This document shows, piece by piece, positions 11,627 to 23,600 of a stretch of DNA of 64,000 bases. Under the pieces are notes generated by a model. The model worked only from the letters and a program-made list of their open reading frames with translations. It had not been told where the DNA came from and did no database searches. This DNA comes from Macrostomum lignano (Eukaryota). Position 1 is the first letter of the stretch. Every line of letters begins with the position of its first letter. The DNA lies in assembly GCA_002269645.1 (NCBI GenBank), contig NIVC01002844.1, positions 1 to 64,000 of the forward strand, written 5' to 3'. A program made the translations under genes and the position numbers.

Positions 11627-12088
11627 TTTAAAATGGATTTGGGCTATCTCTAGACCAGGGAGTAACTGGCGGTAGTGTAAACCGGCCGTTAGTCTCGTCT
11701 TTTGACTCATTTTTATCATTTTTTACTTCTACTTAGGTATTTCCCTGTCTTCACTTCCAAAAAGCAAGTACAGCGATATACCATGCAAATATTTATTAGC
11801 ATTGCTAAACAAACAATTTAAAGTAAGAGAAAGCTGTCAAAAAGACACAACGCCACCTGCACATCAGCCAAGACTTCATTTAGAAGTTTGCCTCGAGAGT
11901 ATTTTGCAGCGTCAAAAGGTACGAGGACCCTCCCACAACCCGTATATTGTCTACCACCTCACTGACAACAAAATCAGCAATACATTGAAAAATTGCATGT
12001 TGTCTTGCGCAATGGTACTTCTTGCACAGTTTTCAAGAAGCATCATCATCAGCATTATTGCTTGCAGTCGGTCGAATTCCTGTTCAGT

Positions 12089-12829
12089 TCAGCTGAATGG
12101 GGAGACGCACTCACACAGACCGCGACTGCCGCTGCCCACACTCATATCGGACAGTCCGTTTCTTCCCGTATAGGCAGCGATCAAGAACTGATTCGAATCG
12201 TCGTTGCTGGGCTCGCCGCTGCCCCACAGGCTGGCGTCCACGGTGATGTTGCAGCCGACCCAGTACCAGCCACCATCAGGCTCCGGGCTGCCGTCCGGCT
12301 GGAAGCCTCCCAGCCACAAATTGTTACCACGACGAAGCGACTCCACGTGGCTCATCTCTGAGCTGCTCGTCACGTCTGCCATGATCACCAGACCGCTCTC
12401 CGACTCGCATGTCGATTTTATGTCGGTCCACGAGCCGCTGACCACCTTGTACTTGACTCCGCAGAAGTCGTCTCCGTATCCGGACGGACACAGCAGTCCC
12501 GCCGGCAGTCCCGGCTGCTGCCTCACGAACACCCAGCCTCGTCTCGAGCAGCCGCAGTCCCTCACAGACTTGCTGCACTTGTTGAACTCGAACAGCTGGC
12601 ACGGACCGTCGGACAGGCTGAAGGCCTGGCACTGCGACCTCAGGCCACACAGCATGGAGCAGTGCTCCACCGATGTAACTCCAGTGATGTTGCGGACGAA
12701 GTCGCTGTTGATGCACAGGGAGCCGTTGATGGGAGTGAAGCTCAGGGAGCAGGCCTGGCTGCTCAGAGCAGAGCTCAGCAGTGAGGCGAAGACGAAAGGA
12801 ACGAGAAGGTTTCTGCCAACTCACTGCAT
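12089..12829 (-). pseudogene. PAN/C-type lectin copy C, full-length but TGA at codon 3 (pseudogene, null allele or sequence error)
   Basis: ATG CAG TGA GTT GGC... at 12829-12821. The rest is an uninterrupted 244-codon paralogue (VGRNLLVPFVFASLLSSALSSQACSLSFTP...CECVSPFS). Confidence 0.75.
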
Positions 12830-13209
12830 GGCTGTTGGCGGTTTCGAGATTGCGTGAGTTCGACTCACTCTCTTTTAAAGCAAGGGACTCGCGTGATCCA
12901 GTTTTTGCTATTGGCCGCCGCTTGCGTTTTGACAGATTTGTTGGTTCACAGAATGGCAAAAAGTCTGTTTTTGCTGTAGTCAGGAAGGCATTGTTCTAGT
13001 GTAGGAAGGAACAATAGCAGCTTCTTTTCGCTGGGCTTTTTGATTGCATCCATACTACATGTGAACAGGTTCAGGGATTTGCAGGGACACGATTTTGTCG
13101 GAAGGGGGAATACTCCTAGCAGGAGCAGTAGGATATCGAAATACGTACAATAGATGCTGGCATGTAAGTCAGTTGATTTTTTCTGGGACATGCCTCAAAT
13201 GATAAACAC

Positions 13210-13515
13210 AATAATAAAATAGTAATAATAATAATATTGGATTACACTTGCTTTAATAGGCAGATGTGCAACCGACAACTCAGCCGCAGCTATTGCGCGA
13301 CGCATCTGAAGGCTGCGTTCGGCTTTGAGTCCAAGGATTCGGGGGGGGGTCGCCACACACCCTTAATTACCCCCAGCTAATGCTGACACCTATTTTACAG
13401 CTGGGTGAACTGAAGCAATGCAGAGTTAAGTGTCTTGCTCAAGGACACAAATTGCTCCCAGTGGGCCGAAAATCGAACCCCCGACCGTTCAGTCGCGATT
13501 CTGGCGCGCTCTAAT
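13210..13515 (-). mobile_element. tRNA-derived SINE with CORE/Meta-like central domain and (ATT)n tail
   Basis: Minus strand reads ...ggtcgggggttcgattttc (B box), then gtgtccttgagcaagacacttaactc...cacccagctgtaaaatagg, ending in attattattatt. Confidence 0.75.
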
Positions 13516-16500
13516 TAAGTCTACTTTCGCTCTGTAATCTTGGAAGAGATCGGGACAGATAGCTGCAGAGGTATATTACAGCTGGACTCGGCCCACATGA
13601 AAGCAAGAAGCCAGTTTGTCAATAAGTCAAGCAGGATTCCTCACAGAAATTGTCTCGCGGGGTAATAATCGCAAAAAACTTCGTGCACAGCCCCGATATC
13701 AGGATCCCGAGTCCTTGCACATGATGGAAAGGGGAATTATCTGTGCAGCATGAGGCTATTATGGTCTCTTTCCCAGCCAGCAATGCTCACACCTGCCTTT
13801 TCGGTGGGATGATTTCTCAACAGGCTTCGTCTCCTGCTTTTTCACATTGCAAGGTGCTGTGGCTAAAAAGTCTCCTAAGTCTTGTTGAGCAGACTCATTG
13901 GCGCCGAGGTCCTGGTGCCACGACAAACTCACTCGCTAAGACCCCAGTGTAACTCGGTGCTGATGGACGTTTGGTGAGGGAGTATTCTCAAGGGTTCTTG
14001 GACTCCCCCGCAAAGGTGATTTTTTCTCTTGGGGACCTGCTGCTTGGTTTCGGGTAGCGGCCTTGCCGCTCCTTTCCTGTGCTTTGCAGAAAGTCCCACC
14101 TTTTACTTCCAGCCAATGGCTTCTAGCCGAAGTCATCTACCGGCTGTAGATGTCCGGGCCGTGGACTCTGCGGCCAACCATCTGGTACCATCGAGGCCTG
14201 GGGCGAGACCCGTGTAGCAATTTTCTGAATGGTGCCTCTGACAAGACATCTACCACTTCAAATGCCAAAAGACAACTGAGCATGGCAGCTGCCGCTCGTA
14301 AAAAGCACGTCGAAGCGACGTCGAAACTATTTTCGTCTTGTCTATCGACATTGAATTTTCGACGTCGACTTTTCGTCCTTGTATGAAGTCATTCGACATC
14401 GAATTCTCGACATGCAACGTCGGCTCCCCGACATGTTTCCAATAACAATTGACGTCACTTTTTCGACGAATTTTTGCGTAGTCATTTTTGTGGCATTCTT
14501 TTGACATAAAAATCAAGAAAATGGCGCTCCTTTTCTTCCAGTTAAAATCTTCCAGCTGGGCGCGAGAAAAATGAGGGAAAAAAGGCGATAAAATCTTCCC
14601 TCGCGGCAGGGCCGACTGGAGACGGACCCGCCTGCTCCAAGGCATTGGGCATTGAGCCGGTGAGCGAAGGGCAGCAAATTCCGCCCACTGCCTTCCGACT
14701 GGTCAGAGGCCTTCTGCTGAGCAGGAGCCCATGGAAACCGGAGAACCCGACCCTCAGCTGGTGAGCGCTGAGTAGGAGGAGGGACTCAAGGTAAAATTAA
14801 GTCAAATGATGCGCCACCTGGCTACCACTTGCTGCATATTTGGTGCAAAGGATTTTGAGAACTGATCTTTCCTCGGGGACATCCGTGTTGTCCAAATCAA
14901 TAATCTTCTCCCCAATAAATCCGCGCTGGCAGCATCAGCCTACTTCCCGGGCGACGCTCCAGTAGTCTGTGACGCGCTAGTCAACCCCATTGTCCTTCGT
15001 ATATGCTAATTATTGTGAAACTATAGCCATACTTATATTTATGATACGAGGTAGGTTCTTTTCCTTTTGATAAAGTAATATTTTTAACCAAAATTTTATC
15101 AGTAACGAGCTAAATTGTTTAAAGAACTAGCAATCTGTGCTCCTCAGTAAGGGAAAGGCCTAAAATTTCAATAAACTACGAGTAGGTTCTGACTTTGTGC
15201 AGTCACTATTGTTAATCTCTTAAGGAAAATGATGTTTAAAACAAACAAGCATCTGTCCTGAAATCATGCAGATATCAGATCTCCTGAGCAATCCCCATCA
15301 GCCACAGCAGTTCAGCAATTCTCCCAATGAAACTTGACATTTCATAATCTCTCTGAGCCAAAGAAATTCAGCAATTCATCCCCTGTGAGCCTTGACATCT
15401 TAGCGTGACTATTTTTATCCATGAACTTGAGTTTAGTTCAGAACTTTTGGGACATCTATTGGCAACTTTTAGACTTTTAGAAATATGTTCTATGGTTGTC
15501 CATATCTGTCCGTTGATTAGTTAGTACTGTACTGGAGGCCTGCCGTTCCTACATGAGATAATAGGCCAAAAAATCGATACGCGCTTGGCGGGTCAGCGAC
15601 AGCCGCTTCGCATTAAATAAACGCCACCCAAGCCGTGGGCACGTGACCTAGGCCCGGCCCATCAGCCCCCACCCGCACCAACGCACAAGATCCACGCTCC
15701 ACTGGTTTAGCACCCAACCAAGCTACGCCCGGCCGGACCAAACAACAGACATATTCAACGCTGCATATAAGCCTTGCAGAACCGAACCTGGGAAGTTTGC
15801 CAGACGCGGCAGCTACCGCTCCACTAATCACCCCAGTAGCGAGGATTTGATGGTGCAGTCGCATTGGAAAACTATGCGAGTTAGAAGAGCGGGCAGAGCC
15901 CAGAATTTAGACTGGAGCCGGGAATAAAGCAAAAGAGAGCCGTTCGCATCTAATGATGGCAGGTGAGCCGGCGAGAGGGAGGAAAGCGCAGAGCAGAGCT
16001 GCCTTCGTTGCTGCACTGGAGTAGCAAATTTGATGATGGAGTAGCAAAGCCTCCACTTGTGAGCTGGCATACGAAGCTGTTGGCTGGCAAACTGCCGCAA
16101 GTGCATCAGTAATTTATAATACAGAAACTTGAGAATGCATGGCACAAGAGCCAATTTTAACAAAGGATTTGCGAGGCAGAACGACACACCACAATCCGCT
16201 ATGCACCACCCGCGTTCATTCCGAGACTCCTGCGGATGGGAAAAAAGTTTTGAGTGGCCCCATAGGAAGGCTGTCCTCAACAGCTGAGAGATGCAGAAAT
16301 TTAGTTTGCTCCGTTGCTATGGCGGAAAGAAGGCAAGAAAAGCTAATTGGTGTGGTGTACAGGTGCTTTGAATCCGCTTACAGCAAGCAGCAAAGTTTCC
16401 TTGATAGCTAAATATTGACTATACTGTGTGTTAGCCAATGGCTCATGAAAAAATTCATACTTTCGCTGACAAAATGATTTCCAAGGACATATTAAAAAGC

Positions 16501-16691
16501 CAGATTCTGAAAATATTTTCTTCACTCAAAGCAGACCGTATATGCGCATTTGTATATTTTTTAACTCAGTTCGATCCGAGCACTCATTTACAAGCATGCG
16601 TATGTGGACTCACTGACGACCACATATTTAGCAGTGCTTCACACTTCCATTGTAACAGATTTTTGCAACGGTAAAACGTGCTATGTTCAGT

Positions 16692-17429
16692 TCAGCTGAA
16701 TGGGGAGACGCACTCACACAGACCGCGACTGCCGCTGCCCACACTCATATCGGACAGTCCGTCTCTTCCCGTATAGGCAGCGATCAAGAACTGCTTCGAA
16801 TCGTGGTTACTTGGCTCGCCACTGCCCCACAGGCTGGCGCCCACAGTGTTGTTGCAGCCGACCCAGTACCAGCCGCCATCAGGCTCCGGGCTGCCGTCCG
16901 GCTGGAAGCCTCCGAGCCACAAATTGTTACCACGACGAAGCGACTCCACGTGGCTCATCTCTGAGCTGCTCGTCACGTCCGCCATGATCACCAGACCGCT
17001 CTCCGACTCGCATGTCGATTTTATGTCGTCCCACGAGCCGCTGACCTCCTTGTACTTGACTCCGCACAGCTCGTCTCCGTATCCGGACGGACACAGCAGT
17101 CCCGCCGGCAGTCCCGGCTGCTGCCTCACGAACACCCAGCCTCGTCTCGAGCAGCCGCAGTCCCTCACAGACTTGCTGCACTTGTTGAACTCGAACAGCT
17201 GGCACGGACCGTCGGACAGGCTGAAGGCCTGGCACTGCGGCCTGTCCCAGCACAGAATGGCGCACTGCAGCTCCGAATTAATGCCCAGGTATGTTTGAAC
17301 AAAGTCGCTGTTGATGCACAGGGAGCCGTTGATGGGAGTGAATCTCGGAGAGCAGGACTGGCTACTTAGAGCAGAGCTCAGCAGTGAGGCAAAGACGAAG
17401 GCAGTTTTGAGGCACTCAAGATGATGCAT
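16692..17429 (-). CDS. Secreted PAN/Apple-like + C-type lectin protein, copy D (245 aa)
   Basis: Intact ORF with signal peptide MHHLECLKTAFVFASLLSSALSS; same architecture; EPSN motif. Confidence 0.87.
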   Translation of the reverse strand: MHHLECLKTAFVFASLLSSALSSQSCSPRFTPINGSLCINSDFVQTYLGINSELQCAILCWDRPQCQAFSLSDGPCQLFEFNKCSKSVRDCGCSRRGWVFVRQQPGLPAGLLCPSGYGDELCGVKYKEVSGSWDDIKSTCESESGLVIMADVTSSSEMSHVESLRRGNNLWLGGFQPDGSPEPDGGWYWVGCNNTVGASLWGSGEPSNHDSKQFLIAAYTGRDGLSDMSVGSGSRGLCECVSPFS

Positions 17430-18240
17430 GGCTGTTGCAGCTGCCTGGCTTAGCTGCGCATTCGCTTTTTGTTCAGGTAATACAGCTTCTTCCTGTTGCC
17501 ATTGGTAGTCGCCGTGTCCAATAGTTGCTTGCCGAGATAGCGAAGGTAAAGTTCTGTGAAGGCAAAATGCTTCAATTGTTTAGGGAAAAGTTTTTTCTTC
17601 CAGGATCCGACGTCGCTATGCTTTTTACTTGACGAGCATTACAAATACGAGTGTAATGCCATAAGTCGCATAATTCAATGTTAAAATTATTTTTGTGCTA
17701 ACTTCTCACAAAAAGGCCACATGTCTTCTGAAATCTTCTGCCGTTTTCAATCATTTAAAAGTAAATAGTTTTTGCCTTCGTGTTGGTCTATCCAATGTTG
17801 GTATCTACTACCGTTCTCGACATTTTTGTGCTTACGGACAAAGTTTTTTTAGTGGTGAAATATGCAGTATTCTGGTTTTAGTATTCTGTTCTGTTATCCA
17901 TTCTGTTACTATGGTCTTCGATTGATCGATAATGGAGCAAAAGTAACTTTAGGGCGTGCAGCAGCAGAAAGCAATAGGACATTTCAGGCGAAGGGAAATG
18001 CAGTCAACTCTGCACAGACACAGAGCTGTGCACTTAATTGCTTGCGTCTTCATTTGGCAGCAGATCCAGGTCCTCCTCTTTTTCATCTTCGCCTCTTCGC
18101 CCTCGTCCGCTGTGAGCCAGCCTTCCTCCTCCTCTAGTATCCGGATCAAACTGCACTTGAGCCGTAGCCACGACAAACACTGTTCGACACAGTGTTAATT
18201 ACAGTGTAACAGTATAAAGTGTAAAACAGTGCTGCGCACT

Positions 18241-18450
18241 CTGCACTGGCCTTCCCGGTCCCCAGACATGAATCCTATCGATCATGTCTGGGACTTTCTA
18301 AAACACAGTATTCGAAAAGAGAGTCCACCACAGAATGTTGCGGAGCTGCGTCATGCCATTGAAAACGCTTGGCAGCAGCATCCGAGGGGATCCCACACGC
18401 AATAATAAGCATCGCGAATCTAACTGCATATTGCATAAAAAATAAACTGT
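18241..18450 (+). mobile_element. Tc1/mariner transposase C-terminal relic
   Basis: Translates as LHWPSRSPDMNPIDHVWDFLKHSIRK...VAELRHAIENAW, the Tc1-family WPxxSPDLNPIE-x-x-W signature. Confidence 0.85.
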
Positions 18451-18689
18451 TATGATTTTGTGCGAATGACGGTTATTATTCTGATTCAATCAACTTTCCC
18501 TTCCTCACGGCGGCTTAGTTGCGTAACTTGAGGGTTGAATTGTGATTGAGAAGTTGTCGCAATAAGTGATAAAATTTTCATCTCGCTTGGAGGGTGGAAC
18601 TTTTGATTGTAGCTGAGTATACTTAAGTCTATCCTCAAAAATAGGCTCCCGAGTTTTTTGTTGGGTGCAGGAGGGCATTTAAGGGCGCG

Positions 18690-20005
18690 CTTCAAGGCCA
18701 TGTCGCGAATGAACGCCACGCCGCCGGCCGAATCCGAGGCAAAGGCGTCAGCCAGCAGGCAGTCGAAGAAACGCCGTGCGGGCCTGCCCCCGCCGGTAGG
18801 GTGCCTGCAGCGTTAGCAGCAGCACCTCCTGCACCGGCTCTGGGCAGTACGACCAGGCGCGGATGATTTCGCCTGTCAGCTGGAGTCGCCGACGGCGCAA
18901 CAAGTCGCTTGGACGGACCAGGCCGACGCGGCGATACAAAGCCGCGTTGGTCACTCGCTCGTAGCCGATCTTGAAGGCAGCGCAGCAGGCCAGCTTGTGC
19001 CGCGTCAACTTTCTGCTCGAGCGACTCCGTCAGCGTCCCGGTCTTGGCGTTGTACAGCAGGGCGGTCTCGATCACCGTCCAGAACAACGCCACCCTCTGG
19101 CGCTTAGGTAAGGCCTTGGACTGCAGGACTGCCCTCACAGAACAAAAGGCAGCCCAGGCAAGCCTGCGGCGACGCCGCAAATCCTCGCGGACGCCAGGAA
19201 TTAGACCGCCGAGGTAGACGAACTGCTGACAACTCGGAAGCTCTGTCGCCTGTCCTAAAAATCGCAGCCTCGATGTCATCCGGTACGCAGAGCATGACGG
19301 TCTTATGCGAGTTGACCACCAGGCCGACACTCTCCGCGACAGTAACTAAGCTTGTTAAATTGTCGCTGGGCTCCCTCGACAGTTCAGGACAGCAGGGCGA
19401 GATCGTCGGCGTAGCCAAGCACGCTGAGCTACCTTTCCGGTTGACGTTGACCCACGCGTCGCCGCAACAGAAAGCCGTCGTCGTTGGTAAGTCCGCAGCA
19501 CCCATTCAAGAACCAGAACGAAGCGAAAGCTTATCTCCTTGAAGCACCTCGGAGGATGTCTCAAAGAAGTCCGATAGGCCGTCCGGTGTTGAGACAGCAG
19601 CTTTCGTATCACAGTACTCGCCTGATGGCGGAAATCAGCTGCTCTGGCAGGTTGTACGCACGGAGCACCTTTGGGAGCACAGACCTGACGACCGAGTCGA
19701 ATGCCTTCTTGAAATCTATGAAGATAACAATCAGGATCGACTGGCATATCCGTGCTTCCTCGATGACTCGCCGAAGAGTCAGGATCTGCGTCACCGTGGC
19801 GCGATAGGGCCAGAAGCCGTTCTGCTCAGGACGCAGGTACGGATCCAGCATGGGCTACAACCGCAATAACAGCAAGACTGAAGGCAGATACCTCGATGCT
19901 CGTCAAGCCTCGTGGTGCCCGGCTTCTTAGGAACTGCGACGATGTGCGCCGTGATCCATTTGTTGGGTGCCTCCTCACCGAAGAGCACGCGAGACAGAGA
20001 TTCTT
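18690..20005 (-). mobile_element. Decayed, 5'-truncated non-LTR retrotransposon (RTE-like RT)
   Basis: Frameshifted RT motifs: IVAVPKKPG, EQNGF, IFIDFKKAFDSV, VLQGD, GYADD. C-terminal ALLYNAKT...VTNAALYRR...RRRRLQLTGEIIR is typical of RTE-clade ORFs. Confidence 0.85.
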
Positions 20006-20685
20006 CTGTTTTCGCTGTGGCTTGGACTCTCAGAGATATTTCAGGAGTCAAATAAAGGATAAGTTGGTTGCTGTTTAAATTTACAGTCATTTGACTTTTG
20101 GTTTATAATATCTTAGCTCTCCTGAATTAGGCAAAAACAGCGCTTTTAAGGTTTTGTGACCAGTTGAAGTCTTACTATTCCATTCGTCAAAATTAATGGA
20201 TCTTGTCGGATAGAAAAAAATGAGAACTAATGAGAGTTTTATAATTAGCTCATTTTTTTAATCAAGCTTCTCAAGCTGGGAGAAAGTAAAGCCACGACTG
20301 AGACGAAGATAATAGGATCCAAGCTGATCAAGAGAAGGAATGGGACTGAGAGGAATACCTAACCTCGTATTAATGCCAAAAGTGAATTCCACTTTTCATT
20401 TGGAAAAGCAGAGGACACTTAAAGCAGTCCGACAGTCTGGCTGCTTTTAGCTTTTTAGGCAACTAAAGAGCAAGCTTCTTTAGAAAATAGTTCTGAATAA
20501 TGGAAAAAATTAAAGGGTTTAAAACAAGGTACCATCAAAGCAGGGTGTGACGATATTAGATGTACATTATTTCACAACTGGCAAGTGCATTACTCAAAGT
20601 GTATTTAAACTCACTTCGAACAGACAGCTTCATCTTTACAGCTCAGCTGCTTTTAAATAGTAATGTCCATTGCAAAGGAAAGATA

Positions 20686-23600
20686 ATGAACTTTGACGAG
20701 TCTGACAACCTCAAGAAACAACGCGAGATCCGGGAAACGGCTGAAATGATGAAAAAAATCGTAAGTTTTTTGTTTGTTGGTTTGAAATTCATCTATCTCC
20801 TGTATGTTAGATCAGCAGTCGTGAAACTTTCATTGTTGTTTCACATATCCAATAAGCAAATTAATGTTTTAATGAGTTTTAAAACTCTAAACTTGCCCAG
20901 GGTGCTCAAAGACGTTTTCGCAGTTTTGATCGACTCAGCGCAAAACTCAGGTTGTTTCTTGATTCTGTGGATCTGATCAGAAGTGAAGAAGGCGAGCAGC
21001 TGAAGTCCGAGCTGTTCGAGGTCGTGGTTGTCGGCGACCAGTCGGACGGAAAATCCACCCTTCTTGAGGCCATCACTGGTGTCCAGCTGCCAAAAGGAAC
21101 AGGAATTTGCACCCGCTGCCCAATTCGCTTGATTATTCGAGAAGCTGAGACTGAGTCTGCCTCGATTCAGTAAGTCTTGGCTGTCTGATCGCTTTGGGAA
21201 CTGTGATCTCGAAAACCTTATCTCAAAACCAATAGAAAAATTTGAAAGTGAAATTCCTTTTAAGTTTAAGCTCTCCAATCGTAATAGATATGTTCAAAAA
21301 AATGAATTAGCTATTAGATGCTTAGCAAACCACGGGTCCAACTTGTGTAGTATTTTTGTGACGCTGCTTTATATATTATTTTGCTTTCCTACTTTAAAGG
21401 ATCAACGAACAACCATCTAGAGAGGTTTCGGACCTCTCTAAACTCGAATCGGAACTTCAAAGGGCTCAGGATGACGTAGTCGCCGGAAGAAAGACCTCGA
21501 CAAAACCGATCACCGTTAAAGTAAATGGCCCACTGCTTCCTAATATTTCTGTTGTTGATCTTCCGGGAATAAACAGGTGAGATTTGAGCAAAAGTCTGTG
21601 GAACCTTTGCCAGTTTAATTAAGTTCGTGATATTCTGAAAAGTTGATTTTGTGTAAGGCCAACTTGGAGCTAGATCTGGTTTGTAGACATTGCCACAATT
21701 ATCACAATTTCGCTTTTAGAGAAACAGGTGACCGTGAGCAAGAGACAGTCGAGCTCATTAAGAAATGGATCACCCCACAGGAAACAATTGTTATTGTCAT
21801 AGCGAAGGCAACTAACGATATCGCTGCTTCAAAGGGCTACCAGTTGGCGCAGGAGGTGGACCCCGATAATAAAAGGACGTTTTTGGTGATTACGAACTGT
21901 GATGGATCCCTCGAGAATAAAGAGACTGATATTCAAAAGCTATTTAGTGAGAAGAAAAAGAAATTGTTCGCTGTCAAGTGCTTTCGCAGCACGGCCGATA
22001 CTACTGCTACTAGCCGAGAGGAACTCATGAATCACGAGGCGCAGTTCTTTGCCCAACATAAATTGTTCAAGCACTATTCACAAAATACCGGAACAGCACA
22101 GCTTATCCAGTCTCTGGAGGCTTTGTTGTGCAAAAAAATCGAACCACATCAGCAGAAAATTTTGCGCCACGCACGGGTGAGTACAATGATTTTGTATTTA
22201 CAATGATTTGGAACTTTATGCATACTTTTGAAATGTTGCATACACTCTTGCACTAATTGTACACAAATTATTTGCCAGAGAAGAGTGCGAGAACTTGAAA
22301 AGGAGTTGGAAGACCTCAAAACTGGGGAAAGCAAGTTCATGGACTGCGTTGATGAGTGCGTCTTTGATATTCGCACAGAGATCAGAGACCAAGTGACCGG
22401 CTCAGATGAGTCTGAATACCGAGACAACAAGCTCTATCAGAAATGCCGTGATGAATGGATGAACGCAGGCACCATGATGCGGGAAGAGTCGGCTAATTTC
22501 AAGAAAGACTGTAAGTTATGATGAAAAGTTTTTTCATTTTTTCTTTAGTTCGACTCTGACTCATTATTTTAGGAGTGGGAAGAGGAAAGGATGAGGCCTA
22601 GTTTATCTCCTAAGAATTCTAGGACTTCCTGAAGCAAGCCATGTGGCATCCAACATCGGCAGTGTTCTACCGTCCTCAGGCCACTATTTCCGAAAGAGTA
22701 TCGGAAATAGTAGTCAAGGAGAACTTGAAGAGCCCTCAGAAAGGCTACTCATTCTTGGAAGCTGTAGGGTTGTAATCGACACTGCATGCAGCGCCGGCAG
22801 CGACAGACGACCTAACAGATACGTCGCCGACAACCACTGAAACCGGGATGTCCAGTAGTTCAGATGTTCTAGCTGTCAACGCTTGATCAGAAAAATCAGA
22901 TGTATTCAAAACATGGTATCCATAGTAATTTAGGTGCCTTCTGTTGAAGAAGCCGACGGCGTCCGGTTGATGACTAAATGCTTGAGAGACTAGTTGAGAT
23001 GTCAAGCAGTTAAGATTTTTCGATTTCGAGGCTCCAGTGACATCAGAGAAATTTGCAAAAGGATGTCCATAGCCACCTGTTGCCATCTTTTGAGTGACGT
23101 GATTGCTCATTGGACTAGTTAAGGATGACCAGCAGTTGAGGTTTGCTCACTATTGAGGCTTGATCAGCGAAGTAGAATCAAGTCCTAGAATCAAGTGCTG
23201 ATGAAATTAGAAGGCTTCGAAGGGCCACTCTGAGGCGCAGTGCTGATTGGCGCACAGGCGTTGTACTGAATAGCATTAGTGTTTATGTAAACGCTAAAAC
23301 CGTTCTGACGGGATCATTGAATCTCTCGACGGTCCAGAGTCCTAGTGACTTGATTTTTGTTTGAGGTGCGCAAAAAACTTGCAGGCAACTTCGTGTGGCT
23401 GCGTTGCTCCGTTGCGCAGCAAAAACACCCCTTGGTATAAGAAGGATAGAAAAAGGCTACTGTTTCCTTGTAGAGCCTTGTTTTTTACTTTAATGTACAA
23501 GTGCATCTACGAGTATACGTGTGTGCGTTAATTTGTGTATTCGTGTACTTTTTTGTTAGCAGAAGTCTCCCGCAGATAACTCGTATTCAAACGAAGTTTT

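Noticed and set aside
13520-16300. Possible decayed retroelement or gene fragments
   Set aside because: No diagnostic motif could be read in any frame by eye; needs a RepeatMasker/BLASTx search.
22573-22780. Constitutive exon of the Mx-like gene
   Set aside because: Splicing from 22510 gives an immediate TGA, whereas 22510-23867 is in phase and colinear with the Mx stalk.
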